The position numbers and the translations under genes are program-made. Positions 1 to 9,778 of a stretch of 42,891 bases of DNA are shown in pieces. The first letter of the stretch is position 1; each line of letters starts with the position of its first letter. Under the pieces are notes generated by a model. It did no database searches, was not told the origin of the DNA, and was given only the letters and a program-made list of their open reading frames with translations. The stretch is from Candidatus Thorarchaeota archaeon. GTDB lineage: Archaea; Asgardarchaeota; Thorarchaeia; Thorarchaeales; Thorarchaeaceae. The DNA lies in NCBI GenBank assembly GCA_048882325.1, contig JBHLRS010000027.1, positions 1-42,891 on the forward strand, written 5' to 3'.

Positions 1-345
1 AGCCTCCTCGATAGGTGCAACATCAATTGCATTCTCGATCGGAGCTCTGTCAGTCTCGTCCTGCAAGGGAGCTTCCTCAACAGCTTCCTCGATCGGAGCT
101 ACATCAATTGACTCTTCAGCAGGAGCCATGTCAGCTGCGTTCTCCACAGGAGCTACTTCAACTGCGTTCTCAATAGGAGCATGATCAACAGACTCTTCAG
201 CAGGAGCCATCTCAACAGCTTCCTCGATCGGAGCAACTTCAACTGCGTTCTCAATCAGAGCAACTTCAATTGCTTCCTGTATGGGAGCTCTGTCAGTTGT
301 ATCCAAGATAGTAGCACGATCTGTCTCGTCCTGCAACGGTGCAGC
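1..345 (-). repeat. Degenerate 27-nt coding tandem repeat (~12 units visible)
   Basis: ggagc (Ala-Pro) recurs with 27-nt period. Confidence 0.85.
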
Positions 346-549
346 ATCAACTGTGTTCTCAAAATTACCTCGACTAACTACACTCTCGAATGAGTGATCA
401 GCAGCGAGAATTACATTGCCGCCTCTAAGGTCGGCCTGGACACTCGGGCCATCTGTTGCAGCAACACCTATCGCTAGCATAATCACGAATGATATTGCAA
501 TAACAGCACCGATACCGAGAGCCAAACTATTGATTGTTCTTATCTTCAT
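1..549 (-). CDS. Secreted/membrane-anchored acidic protein with 9-aa tandem repeats (APxEE/NAVE/Dx); runs off the window edge
   Basis: Not in the ORF track. Manual translation from ATG 549: MKIRTINSLALGIGAVIAISFVIMLAIGVAA...APIEEAVEM APAEESVDH APIENAVEV..., open to position 1; AAGGAG SD upstream; hydrophobic N-terminus. Confidence 0.85.
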   Translation of the reverse strand, partial: MKIRTINSLALGIGAVIAISFVIMLAIGVAATDGPSVQADLRGGNVILAADHSFESVVSRGNFENTVDAAPLQDETDRATILDTTDRAPIQEAIEVALIENAVEVAPIEEAVEMAPAEESVDHAPIENAVEVAPVENAADMAPAEESIDVAPIEEAVEEAPLQDETDRAPIENAIDVAPIEEA

Positions 550-559
550 TTCTATCTCC

Positions 560-667
560 TTATGTTACAATCATGAGATTCTCAAATTCAGGTGTCACTG
601 CATCAAGGGCTCTAATGTCGTTGTGTGTTGTTTGGTTGAGTTGTTGGATAATTAGTAATGAACTCAT
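560..667 (-). CDS. Putative 35-aa leader peptide MSSLLIIQQLNQTTHNDIRALDAVTPEFENLMIVT
   Basis: ATG lies just downstream of a promoter motif; its TAA overlaps the SD (TAAGGAG) of the repeat protein. Confidence 0.45.
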   Translation of the reverse strand: MSSLLIIQQLNQTTHNDIRALDAVTPEFENLMIVT

Positions 668-673
668 TAATCT

Positions 674-708
674 CGTATTAGTATTACGTATTACAAGATA
701 TAAGTATT
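674..708 (-). promoter_or_regulatory. TATA-containing promoter with GTAWTA repeats (copy 1 of shared 35-nt element)
   Basis: Ungapped match to 13732-13766: 7/7 and 19/20 blocks. Confidence 0.65.
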
Positions 709-867
709 TCGTTTTGTATCACTGTTACTTATTTCATGGGTTGTGCCATGTTTATGCTAGTTTAGCGCCAAGATTTATCATTCATAAGGAGCATACCTAT
801 TGCTTGAAGTTAGCCCCACCCACTTCTTAACAAGAGGGGCATTATATCGCTTGGTGAGGAGATTGGT

Positions 868-3372
868 TTGAAAGACAAAGTAGTTGTCTGTACCCTTATT
901 GTTCTATTTCTATCAGTGTCTTTCTTGGTACCTATTAGAGTAGTACAGGAAACAAAAGAACCACTTGTGGCAGAGAAACAGATCGAGGTGGCTCAGGCCC
1001 AGATGGTTCTCTTTGACGAATCCCATGTGCCTTACGGTAGTTTCACTCACGATCTTTGGTTTTCAAATTTCACATCAGATCTAGAGGCTGAAGGATATAC
1101 AGTAGATAATATGACAAGTTGGGATGAGAACACCCTAATGTCAGCAGATGTAGTAATAATAGCAGTGCCCACAGTCGCTTATTCTATGAATGAGTTCTAC
1201 ACCTTGCATAACTTCCTAGCAAAGGGAGGTGGTTTCTTCCTGATTGGTGATATTCCATCAGTAAGCGAAGCTGCTGCTTTAGCTGAATTGTTTGGGTTTT
1301 ACTTTTCAGCAACTGAGCTTCAAGACAGTGACAATCATTATGGTCCTCTTAATTGGATACAATGGGATAGAGTATCGAATTTTGGTAATCATCCCATAAC
1401 AACTGGAGTTTCCAATTTAACCACATACCTTGGACACGGGATTATTGAATACCCAGGATTGGGAGTTCCTCTGATGATGATGGATGCTGACGAAAACAGC
1501 ACATACGCCGGATCCGGAGACTATTCTTCTGGAACTGCTGCTATGGTTGCAATTGAATATCCTGGTGGATTAGGAAGGATGGTAGTCACTGCAGACAGCA
1601 ATCAATTTTGGTCAATTGATTTCAATGGCGATGGTGATGAGGAGTACTATGAGGGAGATAATGATTTACTTGCACGGAATATTATCAATTGGCTCTCTAG
1701 TGCTCCTATCCCTGAGGACATCATTGTCTTTGATGAGAGCCACAATGCTCAGAGAAGGACTGGAGTGACATCGAAGCATTTCAATATCTTATTTGACGAG
1801 TCTGAAAGTCCTGAGTGGGGAATTGACAATAATGACAATGGAATTTACGGATGGGCAGAAGACAGCTCCTGGTATGGCGACCTAGCCGCATTCCTTGAAG
1901 GTAGTGGTATGAGTGTTGATAAAATGTCCACATGGGATTGGGTCACTGCTGCCTCATCGGATGTTCTTGTTCTTGTAGATCCAGACACTCTGTATGATAC
2001 GTCTGATGCTGAAGTTCTTAGGTCACTAGTCGCGCAGGGTCTCGGTCTATTATTACTTGGAGATAGAGGGACATGGATAGGCGATGGTACAGTGCAAATT
2101 GCTGAGTTGTTTGGTGTCGATTTCTATGATGGGACCTTGAGTGATTCTGACGAGAATTACAATGCAAATGAAGTATGGATTCTGATGGATGGAACTAATT
2201 TAGCAGACCATCCGTCACTTAGTGGTGTCTCCGAGGTCGGCTTAATTGCAACGGGAGGGTTCAACAACTTTCCGATTGACACTGAGATCATTCTAAGCTC
2301 TGACACTGACTCAAGTTCTGGATGGTTTGAAGAACCACCCGGTTCACCCTCAGCAGAAGGTGTACCATCTGCAATTGCATTTCAATATGGACGCGGAAGG
2401 GTAATGATGATTGCGGACAGTGGAATGTTCGCAAATGGAAATGATGAATTTCTTGAATTTGGGAATAATTCTCTCTTTGCAATAAATGCCATCCGTTGGT
2501 TAGCAGAAGGGACAACGTTCCTTGATTACTATCATTGTGCAAACGAATTGAGGAATCAAGGCTATGGTGTCATGGCGATGATAGAATTCAGCTCATCTTT
2601 CCTTGAAGGAACTGATGCACTAGTCTTGGCTAATCCTATTCTCTTTTATTCTGAAGGTGAGAAGACTGTAATAGACGAGTATGTTTCAGTTCAGGGTAAT
2701 GGATTGTTGATGCTTGGGGATGTTGGTGGTCCTGTTTCAAGCCTCAGAGATTTTGCTGCGGATTATGGAATCATCTTCGATGGATTGGGTTCATCATTAG
2801 TGGATGAAGATGACTTTGTGGAGCCTTCAATTCATGATCTCTTTCAGCTTGATGAGTTCAATCTTCAATCCCACTATCTCACAGAGGGTGTTGAAGGGTT
2901 GCTGTGGAGATGGGGAACAGGTATTATAGAGTATCCAGAAGATGCAGACGTGATTTTAGAGATGGATGACGACACCTTCTCAGAATGGGCTAATGGTTCT
3001 TCAGCAGCAGGCGTGGCAATGATGATAGCTTCAACTAATGGAACAGGTAGGATATTGACAATCGGGGATTCAAATCTCTGGGATAACACTGTTTTGGGTT
3101 CAGATATCTTTAGTGACAAGAAGACTATGACATTGTATGAATTGAACAACTCTCTACTACTGATCAATTCAATAGAGTGGCTACTTGGAGAAGGTAATGG
3201 AGGGACACCCACACCCTTTGAACTACCATGGTGGGCCTTGCCAGCTGTTGGTGGTGGGGTACTAGTGATTGCTCTTGGATTTGGAATCAGCAGACGTTCC
3301 AAAGGTAAGGAAACGACAGCAAAGAAATCCACTACGAAGAAGAAGACCAAGACAAAGACCAAGAAGAAGTGA
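868..3372 (+). CDS. Surface protein with three GIFT/DUF4350 (GldG/IFT52-like) domains, C-terminal TM helix and Lys-rich tail
   Basis: Repeated (V/L)FDES(H), GGG..L.GD, HP...GV, GR....(A/G)DS and N...WL motifs; signal peptide; TM helix then KKTKTKTKKK. Confidence 0.75.
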   Translation: MKDKVVVCTLIVLFLSVSFLVPIRVVQETKEPLVAEKQIEVAQAQMVLFDESHVPYGSFTHDLWFSNFTSDLEAEGYTVDNMTSWDENTLMSADVVIIAVPTVAYSMNEFYTLHNFLAKGGGFFLIGDIPSVSEAAALAELFGFYFSATELQDSDNHYGPLNWIQWDRVSNFGNHPITTGVSNLTTYLGHGIIEYPGLGVPLMMMDADENSTYAGSGDYSSGTAAMVAIEYPGGLGRMVVTADSNQFWSIDFNGDGDEEYYEGDNDLLARNIINWLSSAPIPEDIIVFDESHNAQRRTGVTSKHFNILFDESESPEWGIDNNDNGIYGWAEDSSWYGDLAAFLEGSGMSVDKMSTWDWVTAASSDVLVLVDPDTLYDTSDAEVLRSLVAQGLGLLLLGDRGTWIGDGTVQIAELFGVDFYDGTLSDSDENYNANEVWILMDGTNLADHPSLSGVSEVGLIATGGFNNFPIDTEIILSSDTDSSSGWFEEPPGSPSAEGVPSAIAFQYGRGRVMMIADSGMFANGNDEFLEFGNNSLFAINAIRWLAEGTTFLDYYHCANELRNQGYGVMAMIEFSSSFLEGTDALVLANPILFYSEGEKTVIDEYVSVQGNGLLMLGDVGGPVSSLRDFAADYGIIFDGLGSSLVDEDDFVEPSIHDLFQLDEFNLQSHYLTEGVEGLLWRWGTGIIEYPEDADVILEMDDDTFSEWANGSSAAGVAMMIASTNGTGRILTIGDSNLWDNTVLGSDIFSDKKTMTLYELNNSLLLINSIEWLLGEGNGGTPTPFELPWWALPAVGGGVLVIALGFGISRRSKGKETTAKKSTTKKKTKTKTKKK

Positions 3373-3448
3373 ATGGAATTATCAGAGGGAGCACGCACCC
3401 TCTGAATCTTTATAGGCCCCTAGAACCAGAGACATCTAGTGATTCTGT

Positions 3449-3871
3449 GTGAGCGGCTTTGTATTGAAGAGAGTCTTCCTCCCTATAATCATTGGATTTG
3501 GCGGAACTTTTCTCCTTATCTACATTATCTTCCAGTCATTTGGAATAACTGAGTACGTCTGGCCGATTCTGGTTCCTATTCTAGGCTGGACCTTTGGCAT
3601 CATGATTCTAGTCATGATTATCATTGGAATTACCTGCAGAGTTAGTAATGCAAGTCCTGGAGAGCAAATGATGATTCAAAGAACCTATCCTGAACCAACA
3701 TATCCCTCATACGACGCTCCAACAACTGGCTCTGTATATGTCATACCCGTCTACTGCCCTCATTGCATGAACAAACTTGAGTTGGAGAGAGTCGAGTGGG
3801 TCGGATCCGGGGACATCACATGTCCAAGTTGTATGAGTGTTGTTCAGGTTGGTGTGCGAGAGAATTTCTAG
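3449..3871 (+). CDS. Two-TM membrane protein with C-terminal zinc ribbon
   Basis: Two hydrophobic helices; CPHC...CPSC. Confidence 0.75.
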   Translation: MSGFVLKRVFLPIIIGFGGTFLLIYIIFQSFGITEYVWPILVPILGWTFGIMILVMIIIGITCRVSNASPGEQMMIQRTYPEPTYPSYDAPTTGSVYVIPVYCPHCMNKLELERVEWVGSGDITCPSCMSVVQVGVRENF

Positions 3872-3889
3872 AGGTTGAGGATTAGGATT

Positions 3890-4591
3890 ATGGCTGATGA
3901 AGTGACTTGGGAAAATCAGGAGTGGCTCTATAGTGCGAAACAGATTCTACAATGGATGGCGACAGTGCCGCCAGAATGGCCCCTAATGTTTCTTGTCCGA
4001 CACTCTCACAGAGAAACCCTTGCAAACCATGATGAGATGGCAAGTGGGGGAATCACGGAACTTGGAAAAAAGATGTCAATTGAACTTGGAAAAAGAATTC
4101 CTCAGAAAGGTCGGATGCACCTATTCACAAGTTTTGTGCCACGATGCTTTCAGACAGCAGAAGCAATCGCAGAGGGATTCATACAGCAGGGAGGTGAAGT
4201 GATAGATATAGATCCACTCCCCTCACTTGTCAGCCCGCAGGTTATTGATGAAACTGTATGGATGAACCTCCATCCAGACGGGAGAAATATCACAGATTTT
4301 GTGAACATGTGGGTAGACGGTGGATTTCGTGACCGAGTAGAAAGTTACGATGACTATCGGAAGAGACTAATGGGGGATACTGTGCTGAGACTGGTATCGC
4401 ATGAGGAATGCGAGATTCATGTCCATGTCACTCATGATTTCACAATGATGGGCGCAAAGAGAATGTTTCTTGAAAGACCACTTCTACCAGATGACAGAGA
4501 ACCCTATCTTGGAGGTCTCGGAGTGACACGAAGTAAAACCGGATTATTACTTAATATACAGGGTGACGTAATACCCATCAGCATCCAGTAG
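3890..4591 (+). CDS. Histidine phosphatase family protein
   Basis: VRHS.RE, S.VPRC.QTA and VTHD motifs; ATG 3890 preferred over TTG 3875. Confidence 0.8.
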   Translation: MADEVTWENQEWLYSAKQILQWMATVPPEWPLMFLVRHSHRETLANHDEMASGGITELGKKMSIELGKRIPQKGRMHLFTSFVPRCFQTAEAIAEGFIQQGGEVIDIDPLPSLVSPQVIDETVWMNLHPDGRNITDFVNMWVDGGFRDRVESYDDYRKRLMGDTVLRLVSHEECEIHVHVTHDFTMMGAKRMFLERPLLPDDREPYLGGLGVTRSKTGLLLNIQGDVIPISIQ

Positions 4592-4665
4592 CAAACCAAA
4601 CTCGACAATTATTTTGCAAAAGGATATTTAGCCCTATGAGAAAATCCGATTAGTGGTCGGAATAG

Positions 4666-5526
4666 ATGAGATATGTTAACATCAAGTTTTCTGAAAGGAA
4701 TGCATATCCAGGGGGGGTAATCAGCGGCATTGTAATTGTTCAAACCGACAGTTCCTTTGACTGCAATAGAATCATACTGAAGGTCAAAGGAAAAGAAAGG
4801 ACTGAGATGGGATCAGGTGATAGCAAAATCTCTGATGAATTTATTCATGCCAGTGGCTGGATGGTTCTATCAGATGCAACGCGGGTTCGAGCTGGTACGA
4901 GTGAATTCCCATTCAGATTTCAACTTGATGAAGACCTACCTCCTACCTACTCCGGCTATAATGGTTGGATCGAGTACAGTGTCGAGGCTGTTGTTGAGAT
5001 GGACTGGGCAATAGACCCGAAAACCACACGACGGTTCAGAGTCCTGCCAACACCCCCAAATTACATCCCAGATAAGGACGGATATGATCCCAAGAACAAG
5101 AAAAGCGGGATCCTTAGTGTAGAGCTTCTGAGTAATGTTGTTAGAATGCAGCAGGGAATTCCTGTCCGTTTCATGGTAGAGGAGCACTCTAGGGTGAATG
5201 GTGTACGGTTGGAAATTAGACGACAGGAATATGTCAGGTGTCGAGGAAGAAAGCATACACACGATGTCACTATCAAGAGAAAATTCATTCCTCTTTCAGA
5301 TAGAGACTTCGACAGGTGGAAAGAGGAAGTAGTGGGTGAAGGATGGCGGCGTGTACCCTTCAGTTCGAGACTGCTTTCTACGTCCTATTTTCTCAGAATA
5401 GTTCTTGAGATGCGGTGGGAAATAGATCCGTTTGTGACATTCCAATTGAAAGTATCAGGAGAAACACCAAAGGAAGAAGTCGAGGATGTTCTAGACTCCT
5501 TAGCATTCGACTTTGGATTTAATTAG
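4666..5526 (+). CDS. Arrestin-fold (arrestin_N/SpoOM-like) protein 1
   Basis: YPG..ISG.V, IILKVKGKE.T, FPFRFQL...LPPTYSG..G.IEYSVEAVV signature; second beta-sandwich follows. Confidence 0.85.
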   Translation: MRYVNIKFSERNAYPGGVISGIVIVQTDSSFDCNRIILKVKGKERTEMGSGDSKISDEFIHASGWMVLSDATRVRAGTSEFPFRFQLDEDLPPTYSGYNGWIEYSVEAVVEMDWAIDPKTTRRFRVLPTPPNYIPDKDGYDPKNKKSGILSVELLSNVVRMQQGIPVRFMVEEHSRVNGVRLEIRRQEYVRCRGRKHTHDVTIKRKFIPLSDRDFDRWKEEVVGEGWRRVPFSSRLLSTSYFLRIVLEMRWEIDPFVTFQLKVSGETPKEEVEDVLDSLAFDFGFN

Positions 5527-5576
5527 GCGTTGGAAGAAAACTCTATTTACTCTCACACGAAGTCACTGACAAGTGG

Positions 5577-6446
5577 TTGGTCGAAGTTAGTATGCGAGAA
5601 GTGACGATGTACACTGAAAGAAATGAGTTCTTGCCGGGAGATGATGTCCAAGGACATGTGGTGGTCAGCACTGACAAATCATTCTCCTGCAATAGGATTA
5701 TTCTGAAGCTGCGAGGAAGTGAATACACTCATTATCAAGCTGGTAAGGTTCATGTTAGTGAAACACATCAATTGTTACACGAAGACCTCGAAATCTGGGA
5801 GTGGGGCGACATCCACTCAGGAAACACTAGAATCGAATTCAGTTTCAGACTTCCGTTGGAAATCCCACCCACGTATCATGATACATTCGGAAAAATAGAC
5901 TACTCAATAGAGGCTGTTGTGGAGATCGACAGAGCATTGGATCCCAAATGCAAGATGGAACTTCAAATCGTTCAAAGCCCACCACCGTTCATTCCAGAAA
6001 TGGTTGACCTACAGCCTATTAGAGGCGAAAAGGATCATCTACAAGTTGAGATCCCTACTGACATTCTTAGACCAAGAGAAGATCTTGTGGTGAGATTTCT
6101 CGTGAAAGAACGTTCACGCATTAAGGGAGTTCGGATTGATATCTTGATGCATGATGATGTGGTGTGCCAAGGAAGGAAACTAGAGTCAAATACAGGTCTG
6201 AGTGAAAAACGCATACGGATTGCATTCAACGATTTTGATAGATGGATTGAAACAAGCATGCTGGAGGACTGGAGTTCCTACGCTCCATTCGACGGGACAC
6301 TCATCAAGTCCACAATACTTCTCAAAGTAGTACTAGAGGTTGGACTTTCTCTCGACCCGTACGTTGAGTTTCCTTTGCGACTTTCTGGAGAGCGGGAAGA
6401 GGAAGATGACATCTTCGATGCTATCGAATTAGACTTGGGTTGGTAG
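5577..6446 (+). CDS. Arrestin-fold protein 2 (tandem paralog)
   Basis: PGDDVQGHV, IILKLRGSEYT, FSFRLP..IPPTY....GKIDYSIEAVV; aligns end to end with paralog 1; start may be ATG 5592. Confidence 0.85.
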   Translation: MVEVSMREVTMYTERNEFLPGDDVQGHVVVSTDKSFSCNRIILKLRGSEYTHYQAGKVHVSETHQLLHEDLEIWEWGDIHSGNTRIEFSFRLPLEIPPTYHDTFGKIDYSIEAVVEIDRALDPKCKMELQIVQSPPPFIPEMVDLQPIRGEKDHLQVEIPTDILRPREDLVVRFLVKERSRIKGVRIDILMHDDVVCQGRKLESNTGLSEKRIRIAFNDFDRWIETSMLEDWSSYAPFDGTLIKSTILLKVVLEVGLSLDPYVEFPLRLSGEREEEDDIFDAIELDLGW

Positions 6447-6502
6447 ACTGTAAACAGACAGGAAGTCAGTATGTTCTTCAAGACAGCATTCGTGTATTCC
6501 AT

Positions 6503-7282
6503 TCAAGTAGAGGATTCATCCCGGATGAAGTAGTCCAGAGGAAGGGTTACACCAAAGGCAGACCCTCGTTTCACTTGTGACTCCTTGCGGTCTGGTATGC
6601 TCGGATGCTTTGTGAGTGTGTATACAGTCCGCATAGGAGTTTCATCAACATGAATGTGAACCTGGGCTGAGCTAGCTAAAGTCTTTCCAACTGGAGGATA
6701 TGTTGGGTTATTGCACTTGACACGTGTGGATATCAATGTAACAAGATTGTGTCTCAAGGTAAAAGCGTTAATTCTAGCAGATAGATGTGTCATCTGGCGT
6801 GTTCGCTCTGAGTCCAATCCCTCATCGATGAATAGATCAACAAGACCAGGAAGAACAAGTAACTTGGCTGGAATTCTTTCAAAGAACTCATCGAGATGGT
6901 TAATCACCAAGTCATAGGTCTGACTTGAATTGAATGCTCGTGAGATATAGACCATATCCATAACGCTCTCGGGTTCAAGACCCAGTTGGAATGAGAAATC
7001 ACGCAGCTTAACAATGTCAACCACATTCGAGCTATCAATCATGATTGATGGACTTGAGAATCCACCACGTGTGAGGGGCAGCTGTGCATGCACTACAGCT
7101 CGCAATAGATCACTATTTAGCCGCTCAGAACCATAGAACAAGTAGACAAGCCCGGTTTCAAATCCACCATCTAGCAAACTATCAATCGTTGGAGTTCCTG
7201 TCTTGCACATCACTCTTTGAACTCTGTCTGCAGTCTGGAAAGGTGTCAATAGCATTTCGATCAATCCTGATGCTCTTCTCAA
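6503..7282 (-). CDS. RadA/Rad51-like paralog with degenerate Walker A
   Basis: TG...IDSLLDGGFETG, IDS, V..SRAFNS motifs; P-loop reads YGSERLNS rather than GxxxxGKT. Confidence 0.75.
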   Translation of the reverse strand: MRRASGLIEMLLTPFQTADRVQRVMCKTGTPTIDSLLDGGFETGLVYLFYGSERLNSDLLRAVVHAQLPLTRGGFSSPSIMIDSSNVVDIVKLRDFSFQLGLEPESVMDMVYISRAFNSSQTYDLVINHLDEFFERIPAKLLVLPGLVDLFIDEGLDSERTRQMTHLSARINAFTLRHNLVTLISTRVKCNNPTYPPVGKTLASSAQVHIHVDETPMRTVYTLTKHPSIPDRKESQVKRGSAFGVTLPLDYFIRDESST

Positions 7283-7464
7283 CTAGCAATGTGCGAAAGT
7301 TTGTCTAGAGAGATTTGGTGAGAAATTTGAGCATTCAGAGATTGAGAACTGGAGACAACAGTAATTCTGCACACGTAAATGAAGTGAGTTGATAGGACCT
7401 TAATAGGTATGACACGACACTTCTAACACAACTCTCGCTCTTTGAGAAAGCATATTAAGCCGCA

Positions 7465-7479
7465 CGTTAACAATAGTTA
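7465..7479. promoter_or_regulatory. Operator-like imperfect palindrome (TAACWATWGTTA family)
   Basis: Exact 15-nt reverse complement of 14201-14215; lies between TATTAAG and the ATG at 7482. Confidence 0.55.
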
Positions 7480-7481
7480 CT

Positions 7482-7934
7482 ATGCCACACTTTGGGTTGA
7501 TAGATGACAGACTTCATCCAGCCGACGCGGCACTTCTTCGAGCCAGACTTCATATGAGAGGGGGACGTATCAGACTCTTGGATGGTCGAAATGAAGATGG
7601 TGTGGCTGCACTCTATGACGCTATGGTTAATGCTATGCTCAGGTTTTTCGATTCATCTGAATTGCGACAGAATCTAACAATCGGAGAAGACGATGACCTG
7701 AATGATGATCGAACTCTCTTTGTCATTCTTAAAAAATCGGGAGTCCTTGATTCTACTGTGGACGTCTTAGATTTCGATTACTTGCGCAAAAAGATGGATG
7801 AGGCAATTGAGGACGAACTGGTCGAATTCAATGCACACCGATTCATGCATCTATTCAACAGGATAATGGCTTTACTTGATGTGATTCCCTTCGATGAGAG
7901 TGATCTACCAGAAGCTGACTCTGTGACACTCTAG
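7482..7934 (+). CDS. Hypothetical helical protein (possibly HEPN-like)
   Basis: 150-aa ORF, probably leaderless behind a TATA-like box; fold assignment is weak. Confidence 0.7.
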   Translation: MPHFGLIDDRLHPADAALLRARLHMRGGRIRLLDGRNEDGVAALYDAMVNAMLRFFDSSELRQNLTIGEDDDLNDDRTLFVILKKSGVLDSTVDVLDFDYLRKKMDEAIEDELVEFNAHRFMHLFNRIMALLDVIPFDESDLPEADSVTL

Positions 7935-8053
7935 ACATAAGAGAAGAAACAGTGAATCCGTTCCGCATGATTACCCGGAAAGATAATATGATGGATGATT
8001 CGAACTTCCGTGTAGAAGCGTCCGTATGATTCTGGTTTATTGCTTCGGGAACA

Positions 8054-9721
8054 TCAAAGACTTTTCACTTTCATCACGCCGACCCCACACACAATGACAA
8101 GAGCTGCCACCCCAAACATTGCAGTTAGAACTAGAGCTACCGGGAAACTTGAATTTGGGGGTGGTATTTCTGAGGTCGTTGTTGTCGTACTAGATTCACT
8201 TGAAGAAATGGGCAATGTGGTTGTTGCCACAGGTTCAGGAGTAGTAATTACTGTGGTCTGCGGTATGTCATCGATAATGTATTGCATCCGGTCAACAGTG
8301 AACCCGAATGCGTCCACGCCACCTAAGAAATCTGGTTCTGTAGCAACTACATGAATTCGTAGCTCATCTCCGGAAATCCAAGGAGTCCAAAGAAACTGAT
8401 CATGGACGTACCTGTAGTCTGCAAATACCCGTGAGTTCGAGTCCTTGATCAGGAGTTGATCACTCCCACCGTCAATAACCTCAAACCGAAGTCGAATCAT
8501 TTTCGCTCCAGTCCTGGCAAATGTCCAAATCAGAGGTGAGTCAGGAGGGAGGCTCTCTGCATTAATGTGAATGGCAGGATCAAAGTCCTCACTGTCATAT
8601 GCGACTGCTTCGGATTCTTGAATCTGAGTGAAGTAGTATGTATCATTTGAGAGATGAAGACGTACTGAGTATGTGACCCGGCTTGAGTGCGATAAATTAA
8701 GCAGGAATGAGTATGAATACTGGTTGTCCGATTCCTTGTTCATTGTTGTCCAGACATAACCATCATGCAGGTCCACACTAGTCGCGTTTCGGTTCGCCGA
8801 ATCTGAATAAGTGAACACCACATTTGTAGTCCGACCATAGATATAGTCAGAGAAATCAATGGCACCCTCGATTAATGGTTGAGTCTGGGTGATTGTTACT
8901 TCATCTAATGTCTTGGGCACATCGCTTAAGATCTCACAACCGGTATCTGTGACAAGAACGGTGTCCTCAACACGAACCGCCCAGCCATCATCAAAGTACA
9001 GTCCTGGTTCTATTGCAAGTACATCATCCGCCTCTAGCTGGCCATCCACATTACCGAGGATAGGCATCTCATGAACGTATCTCCCAACGCCATGCCCCCA
9101 GTAGGTAAGAAGTGACACATTGTCGAGTCCAACATAGTCTGAGAGGAGACTCCGCATAATTGCATCAAGATCAGAGATAACCACACCTGGAGCGATAGCT
9201 TCTATGATTCCCTCTTCCGCTTCCAGCACAGCAGCGTATGCATCCTTCATGTCCTGAGTTGCAGACTCGAAAAAGAATGTCCTGGTGACATCTGAGGAAT
9301 GACCGTGATATTTGCATCCAATGTCAATCATGACAATTGGTTCTGTTGAAGGAGTGATTACATGTGTCTCATCATCGTATGGATCACCATGTGCCATTGA
9401 GAGTTCAGAACCTGACATCACGAGAGTGGGAAAAGCGAGAGCCCCATCTGCACCTTCTGCTCGCATTGACGCTTCGAGGTGCTGCAAGATATCCGCTTGA
9501 GTTATTGAAGAAGCGTAGGCATTTCGAAGAACATGCCATGCCTCTTGTAAAGCATTGGATGTAATTGAAGCAGCTTCAGCCGCGCTTACAGACATTGATG
9601 CAAGTTCCATAGGCTGTTTTTCAGACACCTGATATGAAGTGGCTCCGACAGCAAATTGACTAGATAGCAGCAGGGGTAGCACTAGAAATATGAAGGACCA
9701 TACTCTTTCAAATCGCACCAC
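8054..9721 (-). CDS. Secreted, membrane-anchored M24 (aminopeptidase P-like) metallopeptidase
   Basis: IDIG..Y.GHSSDVTRT, GHGVG..VHE, IEPGLY, VRVED; signal peptide; Thr/Ser linker and TM helix. Confidence 0.9.
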   Translation of the reverse strand: MVRFERVWSFIFLVLPLLLSSQFAVGATSYQVSEKQPMELASMSVSAAEAASITSNALQEAWHVLRNAYASSITQADILQHLEASMRAEGADGALAFPTLVMSGSELSMAHGDPYDDETHVITPSTEPIVMIDIGCKYHGHSSDVTRTFFFESATQDMKDAYAAVLEAEEGIIEAIAPGVVISDLDAIMRSLLSDYVGLDNVSLLTYWGHGVGRYVHEMPILGNVDGQLEADDVLAIEPGLYFDDGWAVRVEDTVLVTDTGCEILSDVPKTLDEVTITQTQPLIEGAIDFSDYIYGRTTNVVFTYSDSANRNATSVDLHDGYVWTTMNKESDNQYSYSFLLNLSHSSRVTYSVRLHLSNDTYYFTQIQESEAVAYDSEDFDPAIHINAESLPPDSPLIWTFARTGAKMIRLRFEVIDGGSDQLLIKDSNSRVFADYRYVHDQFLWTPWISGDELRIHVVATEPDFLGGVDAFGFTVDRMQYIIDDIPQTTVITTPEPVATTTLPISSSESSTTTTTSEIPPPNSSFPVALVLTAMFGVAALVIVCGVGVMKVKSL

Positions 9722-9778
9722 TATCTCTCAATCCTAATACGGATTGAGCTGACAATATCAACTGTTCCTATGAAGCAA

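Noticed and set aside
1-345. 27-nt periodic repeats as a CRISPR array
   Set aside because: No unique spacers; the repeats are degenerate in-frame coding units and no cas genes are present
181-830. Plus-strand ORFs 181-393, 416-655 and 534-830
   Set aside because: Shadows of the minus-strand repeat gene and its promoter
6503-7282. Canonical radA
   Set aside because: No GKT P-loop and no N-terminal HhH domain
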